A program made the position numbers and the translations under genes. The notes below the pieces were generated by a model. That model did no database searches and was not told where the DNA came from. It saw nothing but the letters and a program-made list of their open reading frames with translations. Below are positions 1 through 11,995 of a stretch of DNA of 64,000 nucleotides, in pieces (the stretch's first letter is position 1; each line of letters starts with the position of its first letter). The stretch comes from Camelus dromedarius (lineage: Eukaryota): NCBI RefSeq assembly GCF_036321535.1, contig NC_087469.1, positions 19,282,001 through 19,346,000 on the forward strand, written 5' to 3'.

Positions 1-2037
1 GGAGCTCCTGAGCAGCTTCCGCTCTGGACACGGGTGGAAGTGACCTTGCACCTGCCCCCTGAGCGACCTGCTCCGTGCCAACCGGGAGGACCGTCTCTCC
101 AGCCAAACCAGATCCCCGCGGCCTCATCCCTCGGGACTGTCCTGTTCAGACCCCACCTCTGCTGACGCCTTCCGAGGAGTCAGTTCAACGCTGTTCAACG
201 CTGCCTCTCTGCTGCCACCGCCTCCTTGACCCTGAGCTTCTTGACAACAGGTTCCTCCCCCCGTGTCTCCAGCTCCTATGACAGTTTCCCAGCAAACCTT
301 AGTTGCACGATCATCCACCCTTCAGTGTGACAATGGTTTCAAACTGAGTTCTGTCTCCCAAACGCCACGAACAAGAGACACCAAGGAAAAGTCTGCAAGC
401 CACCCTGGGGAGTCCCTTCGACCTTCGTCCACTGCTCCAGTGGCCACGGCCTGGGGTGGAATGCTTGGGGCAGAGATGGGAGGGGACGGGAGGGGACAGC
501 AGGGCACAGACCGGGGAACGGCACACTCCGCCGTCCGTGACAGCCTGGATTCCCTGGTGCCAGCGGTGGAGGAGGTGGCGAAAGGGACAAAAGAAACAAC
601 AGGAGGAAGACATAAAGCCGCCCCGGTGCTGATCAGCTATGCCGTCAAAGCGCACGTCACGTATCAAAGGCGTGTGTGAAGGCAGAGTCGGCGTCAGGGG
701 ACTTCCCGGCGAGCGAGGCATGTCCGGGGTGCGGTCGCAGCCAGAACGCATCTGGAGCGCTCGCTGCAGTCACGGGCCGGGTCTGGCCCTAGATCTGTAA
801 ACGCGCCTCAGAATGACCGCCTCCATCAGCGCTGGGCCTGATCAGGACACAGATCCAGACACCAGAGAAGTCGGTGCCCGGGGGAGCGAGACGGGGACCA
901 GCCGCCCTGCCGGGTGGACGGGGGCAGGCCCAGCTGGGCGGACTTCGGGAAGAGAGAGGCGCACGGCAGGAGTGTGGGACGGGCGGGGAGGGGGCTGGAG
1001 GGCGTCAGGAAGTGACCTGCACCCGCTGTGAGGGACAAGGCCTCAGGGCCTCAGCCTCCTGCTGGCTCTGCTGCAGCCTGTGTCCCCAGAGCTGCCCCCC
1101 AGCCCCAGCGTCTCGTGGGCGCGTCTCAGGGCTCCTCTGCAGAGAAGAGCTCCCACCCCCTCCCACGGCCGCCAACCTCGCGCAGGGTGTCAGCGAACGC
1201 CCCAGACACAGCGGCCTGAGCAACGGAAACCGGCTTCTGACAGCTCGAGACTGGAAACCCGAGATCAAGGGGCCAGCAGGGCCGGCCCGCCGATGGCCGC
1301 CACCTCCCCGCGCGCCCACACGGTCCTGCCTCAGGCTGGTGTCCGAGTCGCTTCTCCTATGAGGACACCCGCCGTTCGGGGCGAGGGCACAGCTCTGACC
1401 TCGGTTTACCTTCCCCACCTCTGTGAAGGCCTGTCTCCAAACACAGCCACGTTCTGAGGCAGCGAGGGTCAGGCCCCAGCACAGGAATTTTGGAGGCACA
1501 CAAATCAACTCACAACGTTCAGGCTTCTTTTTTTTTTTTTTTTTTTAAATAAAACTCCCTCCCAAACAGCTAATTCCTTCAGACTCTTGTGCGAACCTGG
1601 ACACGTTCATTTGTCGAAAGGGTTTTCATCACATTGTGTTGCTGGTCAGGAACCGTCAACAGCTCACTCGACCCGAGGGGGCTCTCGAGGCCCTGAGCCC
1701 CTGCCTCCTCCGCCGGCGCCTGAATGTCCTCGGCCCGGACAGACGTACCCGGCCCCGTGTCCCACTGGACGTTCTGTCAGAGCGAAGCATTCTGCATGTG
1801 GAGAGCTCACCCAGTATTCGCCCCACGCTTTCTAGATTTTCACACGGTGCTCATGTGGGACAGTAGCTGCACCTCCGTCTCCTTCGTGCCCGGTGCTCGG
1901 CAGACGCCCCCCCAGCACCAGGTGACCGGCTCACCCCGGGCGCTCCACCTGCTCTCAGACTTCGAGGTTGCGCCCACCAAGCCCAGACACAAGAGGGAGG
2001 CGTAAGTTGCGGCCCCTCTACTCACCCCCCGAACGGC

Positions 2038-2286
2038 CAGGGAGCACGGACCAACTGCTGGGTCTGCAGGGAGCACGGACCAACTGCTGGGTCTGCAGGG
2101 AGCACGGAACAACTGCTGGGTCTGCAGGGAGCACGGAACAACTGCTGGGTCTGCAGGGAGCACGGACCAACTGCTGGGTCTGCAGGGAGCACGGACCAAC
2201 TGCTGGGTCTGCAGGGAGCACGGACCAACTGCTGGGTCTGCAGGGAGCACGGACCAACTGCTGGGTCTGCAGGGAGCACGGAACAA
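2038..2286. repeat. 29-bp minisatellite (VNTR), 8 full copies plus a 17-bp partial; unit CAGGGAGCACGGA(C/A)CAACTGCTGGGTCTG
   Basis: Units start at 2038, 2067, 2096, 2125, 2154, 2183, 2212, 2241 and 2270. They differ only at unit position 14 (C,C,A,A,C,C,C,C,A). Confidence 0.98.
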
Positions 2287-3305
2287 GAAGGGAGGGCGCC
2301 TCAGCTCCTGAGAAAGTCGGTTACGAGAAACCTGCCGACGAGAACAAGCAACCCGGACGCGGTGTGAAGAAACGGGTCCCAGGGAAAGAGGACCCAGGGT
2401 ATCGGGCACTTAAAACGGACCTGGTGCTTTGCCACAAATAGCTGAGCTTGTCTCCCCGGCAACTCTGAGAGGCGGCGTCGCCAGTCCGTTCTGAGGTGAA
2501 GAAGCTGAAGCGTGAAGAGGTGGTACCGTTTGCCCTCGACGACAGAGCCAGCAAAGCCCCGGGGCCAGACTCTAAAGTTCACGTTCCTGCCAGTGGGAGA
2601 TGGGGGGCGAGACCGCCCTCGTTTCCATGTGCTGTTTCAGGAACAGTGTGAACAGAGGTAAAGGGCGTCCAGAGGACGGAACGAGTTGCTCTTTTTCCAG
2701 AAAGTCCAGCAGAGCCTTACGTTTGAGTTGCTCCTCGAGAGACAAACGCGGTTTCTTCTGATGCAGGAGTGGGAAGACCATACGAGGCAGAGAACTTCCT
2801 GGACTCAGAGCGCGGCCTGGGAAATGCGCCGCCAGAGCTGCGGGGTGTGGCATGCGGGGGGGGGGGGGCGGCAGGAGATGAGAGACGAGGGAAGCGGCCC
2901 AGCTGCCCGCAGAGCGGGGCACGGGGTGTCCCCTGGCAGCACTGAGCGCTGTGCCTGGCCTGGAGCGGGCCGAGGACGCGGCCAGCACGGCTCCGGAACG
3001 ACATGGGGGCTCACGAGGGAGGGGCTGGTCTCGCGATCAGGAGGAGACGTGCAGTTCTGAGTTCAACAGGGAGGACGGATTTCAAGAGCCACCTCAGAGA
3101 CGCCGCGCCCACGTACCGGCGAACGGCCGGCGGTTCTCAGAGCCGAGGAGCCGGGCTCTTCCGTGCTCCTCGCTCGCACAGTCAGGCGGGTGAGGGAGCA
3201 TCCCACAGACGGTGGGTGAGTCTGGGTCTGAGCACGTTGAGTCTGCCTCTGCAACGTCCAGCACAAACTGGAAATGAGGCCTGAGTCCCAGGAGTCAAGT
3301 CGCTG

Positions 3306-4458
3306 CAGGGGTCGTGCTGGAGCCGGTTCACACGGCGCGTGATGGCCGGTTGTTAAACTCCCAGAAATGTTACGAGCCAGCTTTTAAAGACCACCATTAT
3401 TAAAAATTAAATTATATAAACTTTCTACTAAATGCACTGTTCTAAAAGCAATGAGCACACAGAAGCCTCACTCCCTGGCTATGTTACTCCCTTTCTCTGT
3501 CTGTCCTCTGTGCTCTCAGTCAGCTGTGTCCACCGTCTCCACGTGTGAAAACACTGCCCAGCGGGCGGCTCCCTGCCTCCCCTCCAGGTCTGTGCTCAGC
3601 CACGTCGGGCGGGTAGCCTGACACTGTCCAGGCGGGCGTCCTCACACCATGAAACGCAACAGGGCTTGAGCCTGACTGATTGCTTTGTTAGGACTATGTT
3701 AAGGCTGTCTGGACTTCAGAAAATGATGGAGAAAAAGTTAATAGAGATTAAATTTAACAGAAGCAGATTCACAGATACAGAGGACAAACGAGTGGTTACC
3801 AGTGGGGAGGCAGAAGAGGCTGGGGGTCGGCGAGTGAAGGGTACAAATGACCAGGTGTACAATGAGCTGCGATACACGGTGCCCCCCGGGAGCACAGCCA
3901 GCATTTCACAGTAACTGCAAACGCAGTGTAGCCTTAAGGCCGGGGATCACCGTCCGCACACCTGTGACTTCATAATACTGTACATCAACCACCTCAATGA
4001 AAAAAGTGTTTTTCACCTTAAAAAAAAATTTTGTCACGTCTACAGCCATTACGTTGTGAAGAGCACACAAACTGAGGAACCATTCTTGCGGTGTTCAAAG
4101 ACTATTATCTGACTCAGCAAAGAAGTTGCTTAAGTCACTGCAAACAAAAGAAGTTCGACACTCCCCTTTGCTGCTTTTTCACTGTATCCGGTGGAAATGG
4201 AAATACAACCGTCGCCCGCATCGGAGCCACCCTTGTCCGTCCCAGGTGGGCTCTGGTCATAGAGTTTGGTAAAAATCAGGAGAGTAATCTGTGAGAATGA
4301 ACTGTCTGTACTGAATTTACAATAAAGAGCATTATACTTCCGTTACTTGTCGGGTGCAACACCCTTCACATCAGTTAAGCTTCATAATCATTGTCTGTGT
4401 ACATTTTTTTTTTTTTTTGGCCACAAGTTCACTTGTTAAACATTTATCAGCACAGCTG
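3306..4458 (+). mobile_element. Arthur1-like non-autonomous hAT-Tip100 DNA transposon fossil, interrupted by an L1 tail
   Basis: 5' end CAGGGGTCGTGCTGGAGCCGG...CCATTATTAAAAATTAAATTATATAAAC; internal GACTATTATCTGACTCAGCAAAGAAG and GAATTTACAATAAAGAG; 3' end TTGTTAAACATTTATCAGCACAGCTG, whose reverse complement resembles the 5' terminus. Matches my recall of the Arthur1 consensus. Confidence 0.75.
3757..4030 (+). mobile_element. 5'-truncated L1 3'UTR fragment inserted into the Arthur1-like element
   Basis: AGAAGCAGATTCACAGATACAGAGGACAAACGAGTGGTTACCAGTGGGGAG...ATAATACTGTACATCAACCACCTCAATGAAAAAA is a typical laurasiatherian L1 3' end. The hAT sequence resumes after it. Confidence 0.8.
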
Positions 4459-4459
4459 G

Positions 4460-4850
4460 GTACAGATCCAAGGATGTATTTGGAAGTCCCTGGTACAAAG
4501 TCCTTCGAGCCGCGGATAAAATCCCCTGCGGATAGACTTTGCTGTTCCTTCCTCCTTTCGGCGTCCAGGACAGTGTGCCGTCGGTCCTTGTAAATTAGCT
4601 CTCTGTTCATTACAATAATAGGTGTTACGTCGGCTGCATCTCTGTTTTCATTTTTGTTTTTTCCTTTTGTGCATTTCTACTTGTTCAGAACTTTCAGTGT
4701 TTTCTTTCTGGCCTCACTGGTGTTAACAACTTCTCCGAATTTAAATCCATCTGCAAATGCCATGAACACGCTATTTACTCCCTCACTAACACCGAAACAT
4801 TATAATGTGTCATTATCTTCGGTGATGAAATGGGATTAAGGGTGTGGGAG
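4460..4850 (-). mobile_element. Ancient L1 (L1M/L1ME-type) ORF2 fragment, antisense
   Basis: T-rich degenerate sequence including CCATCTGCAAAT, the antisense of the L1 RT FADD-coding region. Probably the same element as 5570-8150. Confidence 0.5.
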
Positions 4851-5169
4851 CATCAGGAAGTTTAGGTTCCAATCAGCAAGTGGACCAAGGATAAATCTAG
4901 GCAGTCCACGAATCATTTGGGGGCACGCCAAAGGGCTTGGCAACTAGGTTTATGAAGTAACTGAATTCAGCCTTTGAGGTGGAATCCGGCATCCCCCAGT
5001 AGAGGGTTAGATGAGAAAGCTTATGATGGTGGTCCTAGACCCAAGGAGAAGAGCAAGGGCCCCAGGAAGCAAGGTCCGGTCCCGCTGCCCCAGGTCAGCC
5101 CCGGCTGCTGAGCGGATGTGGGGACAAACACTAGCTGCAGAGCGTGGCCAGCCTCAGGGAGTGCGTTTA

Positions 5170-5262
5170 AAGATATGTATCTTTACACTGTCCTAAGGGA
5201 AGTAAGCCAGAAAGAGAAAGAAAAATACCATACGATCTCACTTATATGTGGAATCTCCAAAA

Positions 5263-5293
<31 letters not shown>

Positions 5294-5560
5294 AAATGAG
5301 TTTATTTACAAAACAGAAACAAACTCACAGACATAGAAGATAAGCTTATGGTTACCAGAGGGAAGTGCGGTGGGGAGGGATAAACTGGGAGTTTGGGATT
5401 TGCAGATACACACTACTATATGTGCAACAGATCGCCAGCAAGGTCCTACTGTGCAGCCCAGGGAGCCACATCCAACATCGTGCAGTAACCAGACTTGAGC
5501 GTGTGTGATTCCCACCAGCCGTTCCGTGGCGGCTCAGAGACAAAGCAGTGCACAGACACT
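5170..5560 (+). mobile_element. L1 ORF2 end plus 3'UTR (camelid/cetartiodactyl-type), 5'-truncated
   Basis: AGTAAGCCAGAAAGAGAAAGAAAAATACCATACGATCTCACTTATATGTGGAATCT-(A)24-...ACAAAACAGAAACAAACTCACAGACATAGAA...GGGAGTTTGGGATTTGCAGATACACACTACTAT. Confidence 0.9.
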
Positions 5561-6307
5561 GCTCTGTTTTGTTATTATACCTTCGTAATAAATCCTGTGA
5601 CTGGGCAAATTTCTCATTATAGTGGATCTCTTTTAATTATGACCTCTATTCAAACATACAGATTTTTAGAAAACTCTTATCAAAATTGATAAAATACCCT
5701 GCAGACATTTTAACTGAACTGTATTGAATTTCCAGGTGAGTTTGTGGAGAACTGATGTTTACGTAGTATTGTGTTTGTATCCACATGGCACAGTTCTCCA
5801 ATTATTTAGGTCTTCCTTAATATTTCTAAATACTTTTTTCTTTACCTTGAACGTCTTCTGATGGATTTACTTGCAGGTACTTGGCATTCTCTGATGCTAC
5901 GGTAAACGCTACCTTCTTTCAAACTGTGTTTTCTATTTTCTAGCCACGGATGTGCAAAAGACAACAGACATTTTGTATTTTCATATCCAGCTACTTTTTT
6001 AGTCCTCCTCCCAAACATTTATCATAATTGGCCTACTGATTATTTGGGTTTTCTACATAAATGATTGTATTATCTGCAAATAGTGACACTGTGTCCTCAG
6101 CTCTAATTTGCATGCCTCTGACGTCTTTAGCTTTGTTTCTCTGTGCTGGCAAGGGCTGCCAATACAGTTTTGAATACATGTCCTGATAGCGTCTTCATCT
6201 CAGGTGAGTATTAAACCAAATGCTTCTAACATTTTCCATTTGCTTTAATGTTTGTTCTGTTTCTTTTTTGTTTGTTTGTCCATTCGTTTTATATTTTAGA
6301 TATTCTT

Positions 6308-6719
6308 TGTGATGGTTAATTGTATGTGTCAACTTGGCTGGGACAAAGGATGCCCAGATATTTGGTCAAACATTATTCTGAATGTTACTGTGAGGGTGTT
6401 TCAGGTCAGAGTAAAATTTAAATTAGCGGACTCTGAGTAAACAGATTGCTCTGTGTATGTGGGTGGGCCTCATCCAATCAGTTGGAGGCCTGAAGAGAAC
6501 AAGAGGACCAGCGTCCCCTGAGCGAGAGAGAGGGCTCTCAGGCAGACGGCCTCCAGGCTCACGGGTACCACCACCTCTTTCTGCTCTCCAGCCCGCCGGC
6601 CCGCCTGCGGATGTCAGTTCTTCCATCTTCTATAATCTCACGAGTCAATTATTTATAATAAACATTTTCTGTATAAACACATTTCATTGCACTACATCTC
6701 TGGAGAACTCTCACTAACA
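6308..6719 (+). mobile_element. MLT2-family (ERVL) solo LTR
   Basis: Starts TGTGATGGTTAATTGTATGTGTCAACTTGGCTGG; contains GGGTGGGCCTCATCCAATCAGTTGGAGGCCTGAAGAGAACAA; ends CTCTGGAGAACTCTCACTAACA (TG...CA termini, about 410 bp). Confidence 0.92.
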
Positions 6720-7826
6720 CACTCCATCAGGTTTTGGAAGTTCTCAAACACTCCTAACTTCCTAGTAGCTTTTTCTTTTAATTAACAATGAGCATTGAAC
6801 TGTACTAAACGCTTACGTGTCTATTGAGATGTTCATACAGCTTTTTGCCTTTTCACCTGTTAATACAAATTATGTTATGAATTTTCCAAGAGATAATTCT
6901 TGAATACCTGGGATAAACCCACTGTGATTATGGGACAGTGCAATTTTTTAAAAGTACACTGTGGGACTTACTTCGCTAATATACTGCTCAGAAATTTTGC
7001 TTTTATCTAAAAGAATAAAATGCATTTAGTTTTCCTTTCCTTTATTTTCTAGGTTTAGTAACAGAATAACGCCATGTTTATAAAATAAGTTTGAGAGTAT
7101 TTCATTTATTTTGCTTTTCTGGAGAAGTTTATGTAAAATTGAGATTTCTCCTCTAAGTTTTGGAAAGAACTGTCTGCAAAACCACACCGGCATACTGTTT
7201 TCTTTCTGGAGAGAGTCTTAACCTCCGCAGTTTCTTTACTAGTTACTGATTAATTCCTTTTAAATGAATTTTAGTGAGGTATATTTGTTTATATAAAGTT
7301 GTGTATTCTGTAATTTTAAGAATATTTTTACCATACCCTCAATATTTGACTGAAAATTCAGCTGTATATAAGCACCCAGGTTTTAGATGCTTGTCATCAG
7401 GCAGCAAGCGTTGTGGACGAATCTACTGTCAGCATGATTCTTACTTCTTTCTCTGTCAACTTTTGGAATTTTCTGACTTTAATGTTTCCAAATTTCATTA
7501 TGTTTCTAGGAGTGGATCTTTTCTTCTCTTTCCCCTTTGACGTCCTTTGAACCATTTCCATCCATAATATTTTTTGATTTTGAGAAATGTGTGATTTCAA
7601 TTATTTTCTCACTTCCTTTAAAAAACTCTCCTTCTGAGACCCACTTTTCAGCCATCACTGTGGCCCATCTGCGTGTCTCAGCCACACCTGTGTCCCCCAG
7701 TGTTTGCCTTTCCTGTTTCAAAAGACCTGATTCCTTGGTGTTCATTCTATTTGTCCATCCGTGATTTCTTTTTATTTTTTTTAAAGCAGATCTGTCTCTT
7801 TTTTATCGAAGTACGTTTCTTTTTAA

Positions 7827-7918
7827 CTGAAGTGTCGTCAGTTACAACGTGTCCATTCCTGGGGCCCAGCAAGCGTCCCAGCCATGCACATACATGCGTG
7901 TATTTGTTTTCATATTTA
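7827..7918 (-). mobile_element. Very short camelid-type L1 3' terminus with flanking direct repeat
   Basis: Antisense of ...TATGAAAACAAATACACGCATGTATGTGCATGGCTGGGACG...GTTGTAACTGACGACACTTCAGTT. Flanked by GTTTCTTTTTAA at 7815-7826 and 7919-7930. Confidence 0.75.
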
Positions 7919-8408
7919 GTTTCTTTTTAAATTTGACTATTACATTTGTCATTACATTTGTCACTGGCTATTTTTCTGGGTTCTATGTTTCTTGTTCTTG
8001 ATTCAAACTGCTAATCTCTCTTCTTGTTTGTCAAACTCACTTTAATTTTTATTCACCAAGTCTAGCGTTTTTGCCTCTGATGAAATCTACAACCTGGTAT
8101 TTTATCTTTCTTTTGAAATAGTGATGCTTCTCAAATATCTTTTAAGCTCCTTTCCCTCTGGGGGCGACTACACTGCCAGGCAAATCTCGCTCCAGCCTTC
8201 AGCCTCAGTGGTTCTGGGCCCAAGAGGAGGTGGAAGGTAGGAACCAGGAAAACGGTCAGTGACGGGAGCAGCCCCAGTCAGCCCTGGGCCAGGGCTCCTT
8301 TTGGCCCCAGGAAGAAGCAGCATTTAGAGTCAGCACCGCTTAGACTGTCATTCATAGCCGCAGAGGTGGGGTTTGTAGCTCCCAACAAGTAAAACGCTTT
8401 GGTTCTTC

Positions 8409-8657
8409 GGGGAAAAGGGGTGGGAAGGGGTAAATTTGGGAGTTTGAGATTTACAAATAATAGCCACTACATATAAAAATAGATTTAAAAAGAAAGTTTC
8501 TGCTGTACAGCACAGGGAACTATCTTGTAATGACCTTTAATGAAAAAGAGTATGAAAATGAACATACGCACGTATACGCATGCCTGGGACACTGTGCTGT
8601 GCACCAGAAATGGGCACATCGTAACTGACGGTGCTTCAATTAAAAAAAAAAAAAAAA
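8409..8657 (+). mobile_element. Young 5'-truncated camelid-type L1 3' end with poly(A) and perfect 13-bp TSD
   Basis: GCTTTGGTTCTTC at 8396-8408 and 8658-8670. Body GGGAGTTTGAGATTTACAAA...CTGTACAGCACAGGGAACTAT...GTAACTGACGGTGCTTCAATT followed by an A-tail. Confidence 0.93.
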
Positions 8658-9159
8658 GCTTTGGTTCTTCACTGATTTTTACACCGAGGAAGCAGTATGA
8701 GGGATGTGATTCGCTGCACGTGTGCTGGGAATCACTGCCGGGCACTAAGATGTGGGTAAGGGCGTGAGAGCGGAACTTCAAGTCATTTTTTCATGTCATC
8801 CTTCTAAAACAACACTAGGCTGCACCTTCTCTCAGGCCAAAGCCACTGTGCACGTAAACAGAGGTTCAGTGACGGATGCTGCACCATGTGCCTGTCCTCG
8901 CCTGGGGACAGACGGAGAGGACGCCTCGCCACACTCCCTCACGTCTTGTTAGGAACCACTGAACTCCTTCGCATGATTGTTACATGTCACAGGCAACCTC
9001 AGATATTCACAAACACTTCCCAAGCCTCCTTACGTTCTGAGTCTATGTAATATTTTGAGACATTATAAATTATTATTATTATGAATGCCATATTTACATT
9101 TTATTATAAAATAGAACTTTGGATCAGAAAGCTTTCTGAAGCCCACTTAATTCTATCTG

Positions 9160-9700
9160 AGAGTCTACATGCACCTCAGTGTTCATGGCAGCACTATTTA
9201 CAACAGCCAAGGTATGGAAGCAGCCTAAGTGCCCCTCACCAGACGACTGGATGGAGAAGCTGTGGTACATATACACGATGGAATAGTACTCAGCCATAAA
9301 AAAGACTAAAATTTTGCCATTTGCAGCAAAGTGCGTGGATGGACCTGGAGGGTGCTAGGCTAAGTGAAATCAGTCAGACAGAGACAGATACTATATGATG
9401 TCACTTCTATGTGGAATCTAAAATATACAACAAACTAGTGAATACAACACAAAAAGAAGCAGACTCAGAACAAACCGGAGGTTGGTCATGAGGATGGGGG
9501 TGGGGCCGTGTAGGGGAGGGGCCAAGAGGTACAAACTGTTAGGGACAAAGTAAGCCACAAGGATTATTGCACAACACGGGGAGTGAGCCCGTATTTTGCA
9601 GTAACTATAAATGGAGTGTAACCTTAAAAACTGTGACTCACTATACCATACACGTGCAACTTACAGAGTGTTGCACAGCAACTACGCTTCAATTAAGACA
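9160..9700 (+). mobile_element. L1 ORF2 C-terminus plus 3'UTR (older laurasiatherian subfamily), degenerate
   Basis: From about 9166 translates TCTSVFMAALFTTAKVWKQPKCPSPDDWMEKLWYIYTME*YSAIK (L1 ORF2p C-terminus), then 3'UTR ending CAACTACGCTTCAATTAAGA. Confidence 0.93.
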
Positions 9701-10789
9701 AAGAAGTCCGAGCCCTAAAGGGGAAGGAGACGTGGCCGCCAGCGGCAGAGCCCGGAGCAGCAGAAGACGCTCTGCCTGTCGTCTGAGAGGGCGTGCGCAG
9801 CGTCTCCCGTCCCTTCCTCCCCCTCTTCCCGTCCCTTCCTGCCCCTCTTCCCATCCCTTCCTGCTCCTCTGCAGGACCCAAGCAGCTCTGCCCGCCCCCT
9901 CCCCTCCCTGACATTCCAAGTCCTCGCCTCCAGCGTGTCCCAGAACCGAGACGGGGTTTATACGTGTCATGTTATAAACACTCATCTTCTGTCGGCAGTT
10001 GTCTCTCCATCCTGGAAAAAAACTGCATCCTTTGCTTCAGGACCCAATCATCCCCCTGATCGCTTTAATTGCCTCATTTTGGAGTTTTCCTATCTTATTA
10101 TTTATCTCTTTCATGTCAGCAGCCAGCATTTTAGGCAGGAAGAATGCAGCTCTGATGGGCTCCCAGGCAGCATTCAGCACGGCTGGCCAAGGGGCTGCGG
10201 CTGCCTGCGGGCGGCAGGGACAGTAAGCCCCCAGCGCGGCCGCTGACCCGGAGAACGCAGCCTGCACCCTAGCACCTGCAGGCGGGCCGTCTGAGTTCTC
10301 TGGGCCCTGTTTCACAAAGGTCCCGGCCACAAGAAGTCACAGAAGCTCGCAGAGCGGAGAAGGGAGCAGCTAAGGACGAGTCCTTGGGGGGGGGGGGTGT
10401 CCCAGTTCCCTGGCGGGGAAACAACAGGCCTGCTCGGGACGGTAGAGGACGGGGAGCCAAGGAGGAAGAGGGAACCTGCTGAGCACCAGGGGGATGGATG
10501 GTCAACGTTACCCGCTGCTGAAGGGCCCCGGGGGTGCTCAGCGTGTCCGACAGCAAGTCACGTCGGCCTCCGTCACTGCGCGCTAATCCGCAGCAACACA
10601 GTCGAGTCCAGGGCTGTGCACCAGTGTGAGCCCCCAGCCCACCCCCCTTTCCACATGCCCTTCGCTTTGACCTCCCCGCCTCTACGGCACCATTAGCTCT
10701 GCTGAGACACAGACAGAGCCTCTCCTCTTTGGAACGCAGCTGGACCACCTTCCATCACTTCAGTATCATCACCACCATCATTACTTAGT

Positions 10790-11280
10790 GTTTATTTTCA
10801 GATAAGAAAAACGTTCATTTTAAACATTTGTAGAAAACAAAAGTTCAAATAGGAAAATGAAGTTAATCAGCCGTCTCACAACTGAGACGACCACCTGCAG
10901 AAAGTCGGCGTATTTCCATTCAGCCGTGTGCTACGATTTCACATAGTTTTATATCCTGGTTTAGTTTAGTTTGGGGCGTTTCCCCACAGTATTAAACACT
11001 GACGAAAAGCGTGCTTTGTCTTGGTTACACGTCGCTTCCTACCCCCTGGCTAAGTCACAACTTGTTTTCTGTTTGCCCATTTGAGATCACTTTGTTTGTC
11101 GTTTCTATTCTGGAAGCGCTGTGACAACCGTCTTTGTTCACATCTTCACCCAGGTCTCGGCTGCTTCCTGCGACTTAAGCTGCTGGTTCAAAGGTTATTT
11201 TGAGACCTTGGCTACATATTGCCAGACGGGTGACAAGTGTCATTAAACTTCACCAAACAATGCATCCATCTGCTGCGAAG
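10790..11280 (-). mobile_element. Ancient L1ME-type 3' fragment, antisense
   Basis: Degenerate AT-rich tract (GCTGTGACAACCGTCTTTGTTCACATC...GCTGGTTCAAAGG...ACATATTGCCAGA) resembling antisense L1ME 3' ends. Confidence 0.5.
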
Positions 11281-11932
11281 GTAGCAACGTGCCACAGACA
11301 CCAACATCGAGTAGAAACAGTCCACAGACACACACCACAGTGTCCCCGTGACCTGGCGCTGTCCACGGCCACACAGCTTGCCGTGGACCAGACATTACTG
11401 CCTGATGCGCTACGTTCACAGAAGGTCACTATTCCCGAAAATTCTTGACCCAGAAAATAAAGTTGCAAGTAACTTTGTTTTAGGAACATTTTGAAAATCT
11501 GCTGATCTCAATAACAGGGCACTCTATTAGCTTAAATTGCCCCTTTTAAGAGAAACAGACTGTTCGTCTATGATCACCAATTTACTCTGAAGCTTGATTC
11601 AAAATCCTCCTTTCTGAGTCCACCAACTCTACTGTAACACACACGATCCTAATATAAACTACCCAACAGCCCTGCCCGGGCCCAGCTGGGCCCCCTCACA
11701 GAAACTCCTGCCTTAAAGCAGGCCCGCCCTAGCCTCAAATCCCATGAATACTCCCGCTGTTCCCTTCCTTTTTAGAAACACTGCTGAAAAGGTAGCCTTC
11801 TTCCGTCCTGCAGTAAGCGGTAAAGTTGGCTCCACCGAGCCCACAAGTCTTTCTGGTGGTCTCTGCAGGAAGCCGGTGGCTCCACCACCTTCTGTAGGGA
11901 TGGGAGCCCTGGCTAGGCGCCCCTGCCTGCCG

Positions 11933-11995
11933 TGCAGACAGGTGCGGTGCAGGCAGGTGTGGTGCAGGGAGGTGCAATGCAGGCAGGTGTGCAGG
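11933..11995. repeat. Degenerate 15-bp tandem repeat (TGCAGGCAGGTGTGG), about 4 copies
   Basis: Units start at 11933, 11948, 11963 and 11978, with a partial copy to 11995. Confidence 0.85.

Larger units (their letters stand above)
5570..8150 (-). mobile_element. Ancient L1 (L1M/L1ME-type) ORF2 remnant, antisense, interrupted by an MLT2 LTR and a short younger L1 tail
   Basis: Long AT/T-rich tract with antisense L1 ORF2 hallmarks: TGTATTATCTGCAAATAGTGACA, CCTGGGATAAACCCACT, TTTGGAAAGAACTGTCTGCAAAACCA. Confidence 0.75.

Noticed and set aside
2038-2286. CRISPR-like look of a 29-bp repeat
   Set aside because: Units are head-to-tail with no unique spacers, and the DNA is mammalian.
1840-2441. 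ORFs with repeated peptides (e.g. GSTDQLLGLQGARTNCWVCREH)
   Set aside because: Translation artefacts of the 29-bp minisatellite.
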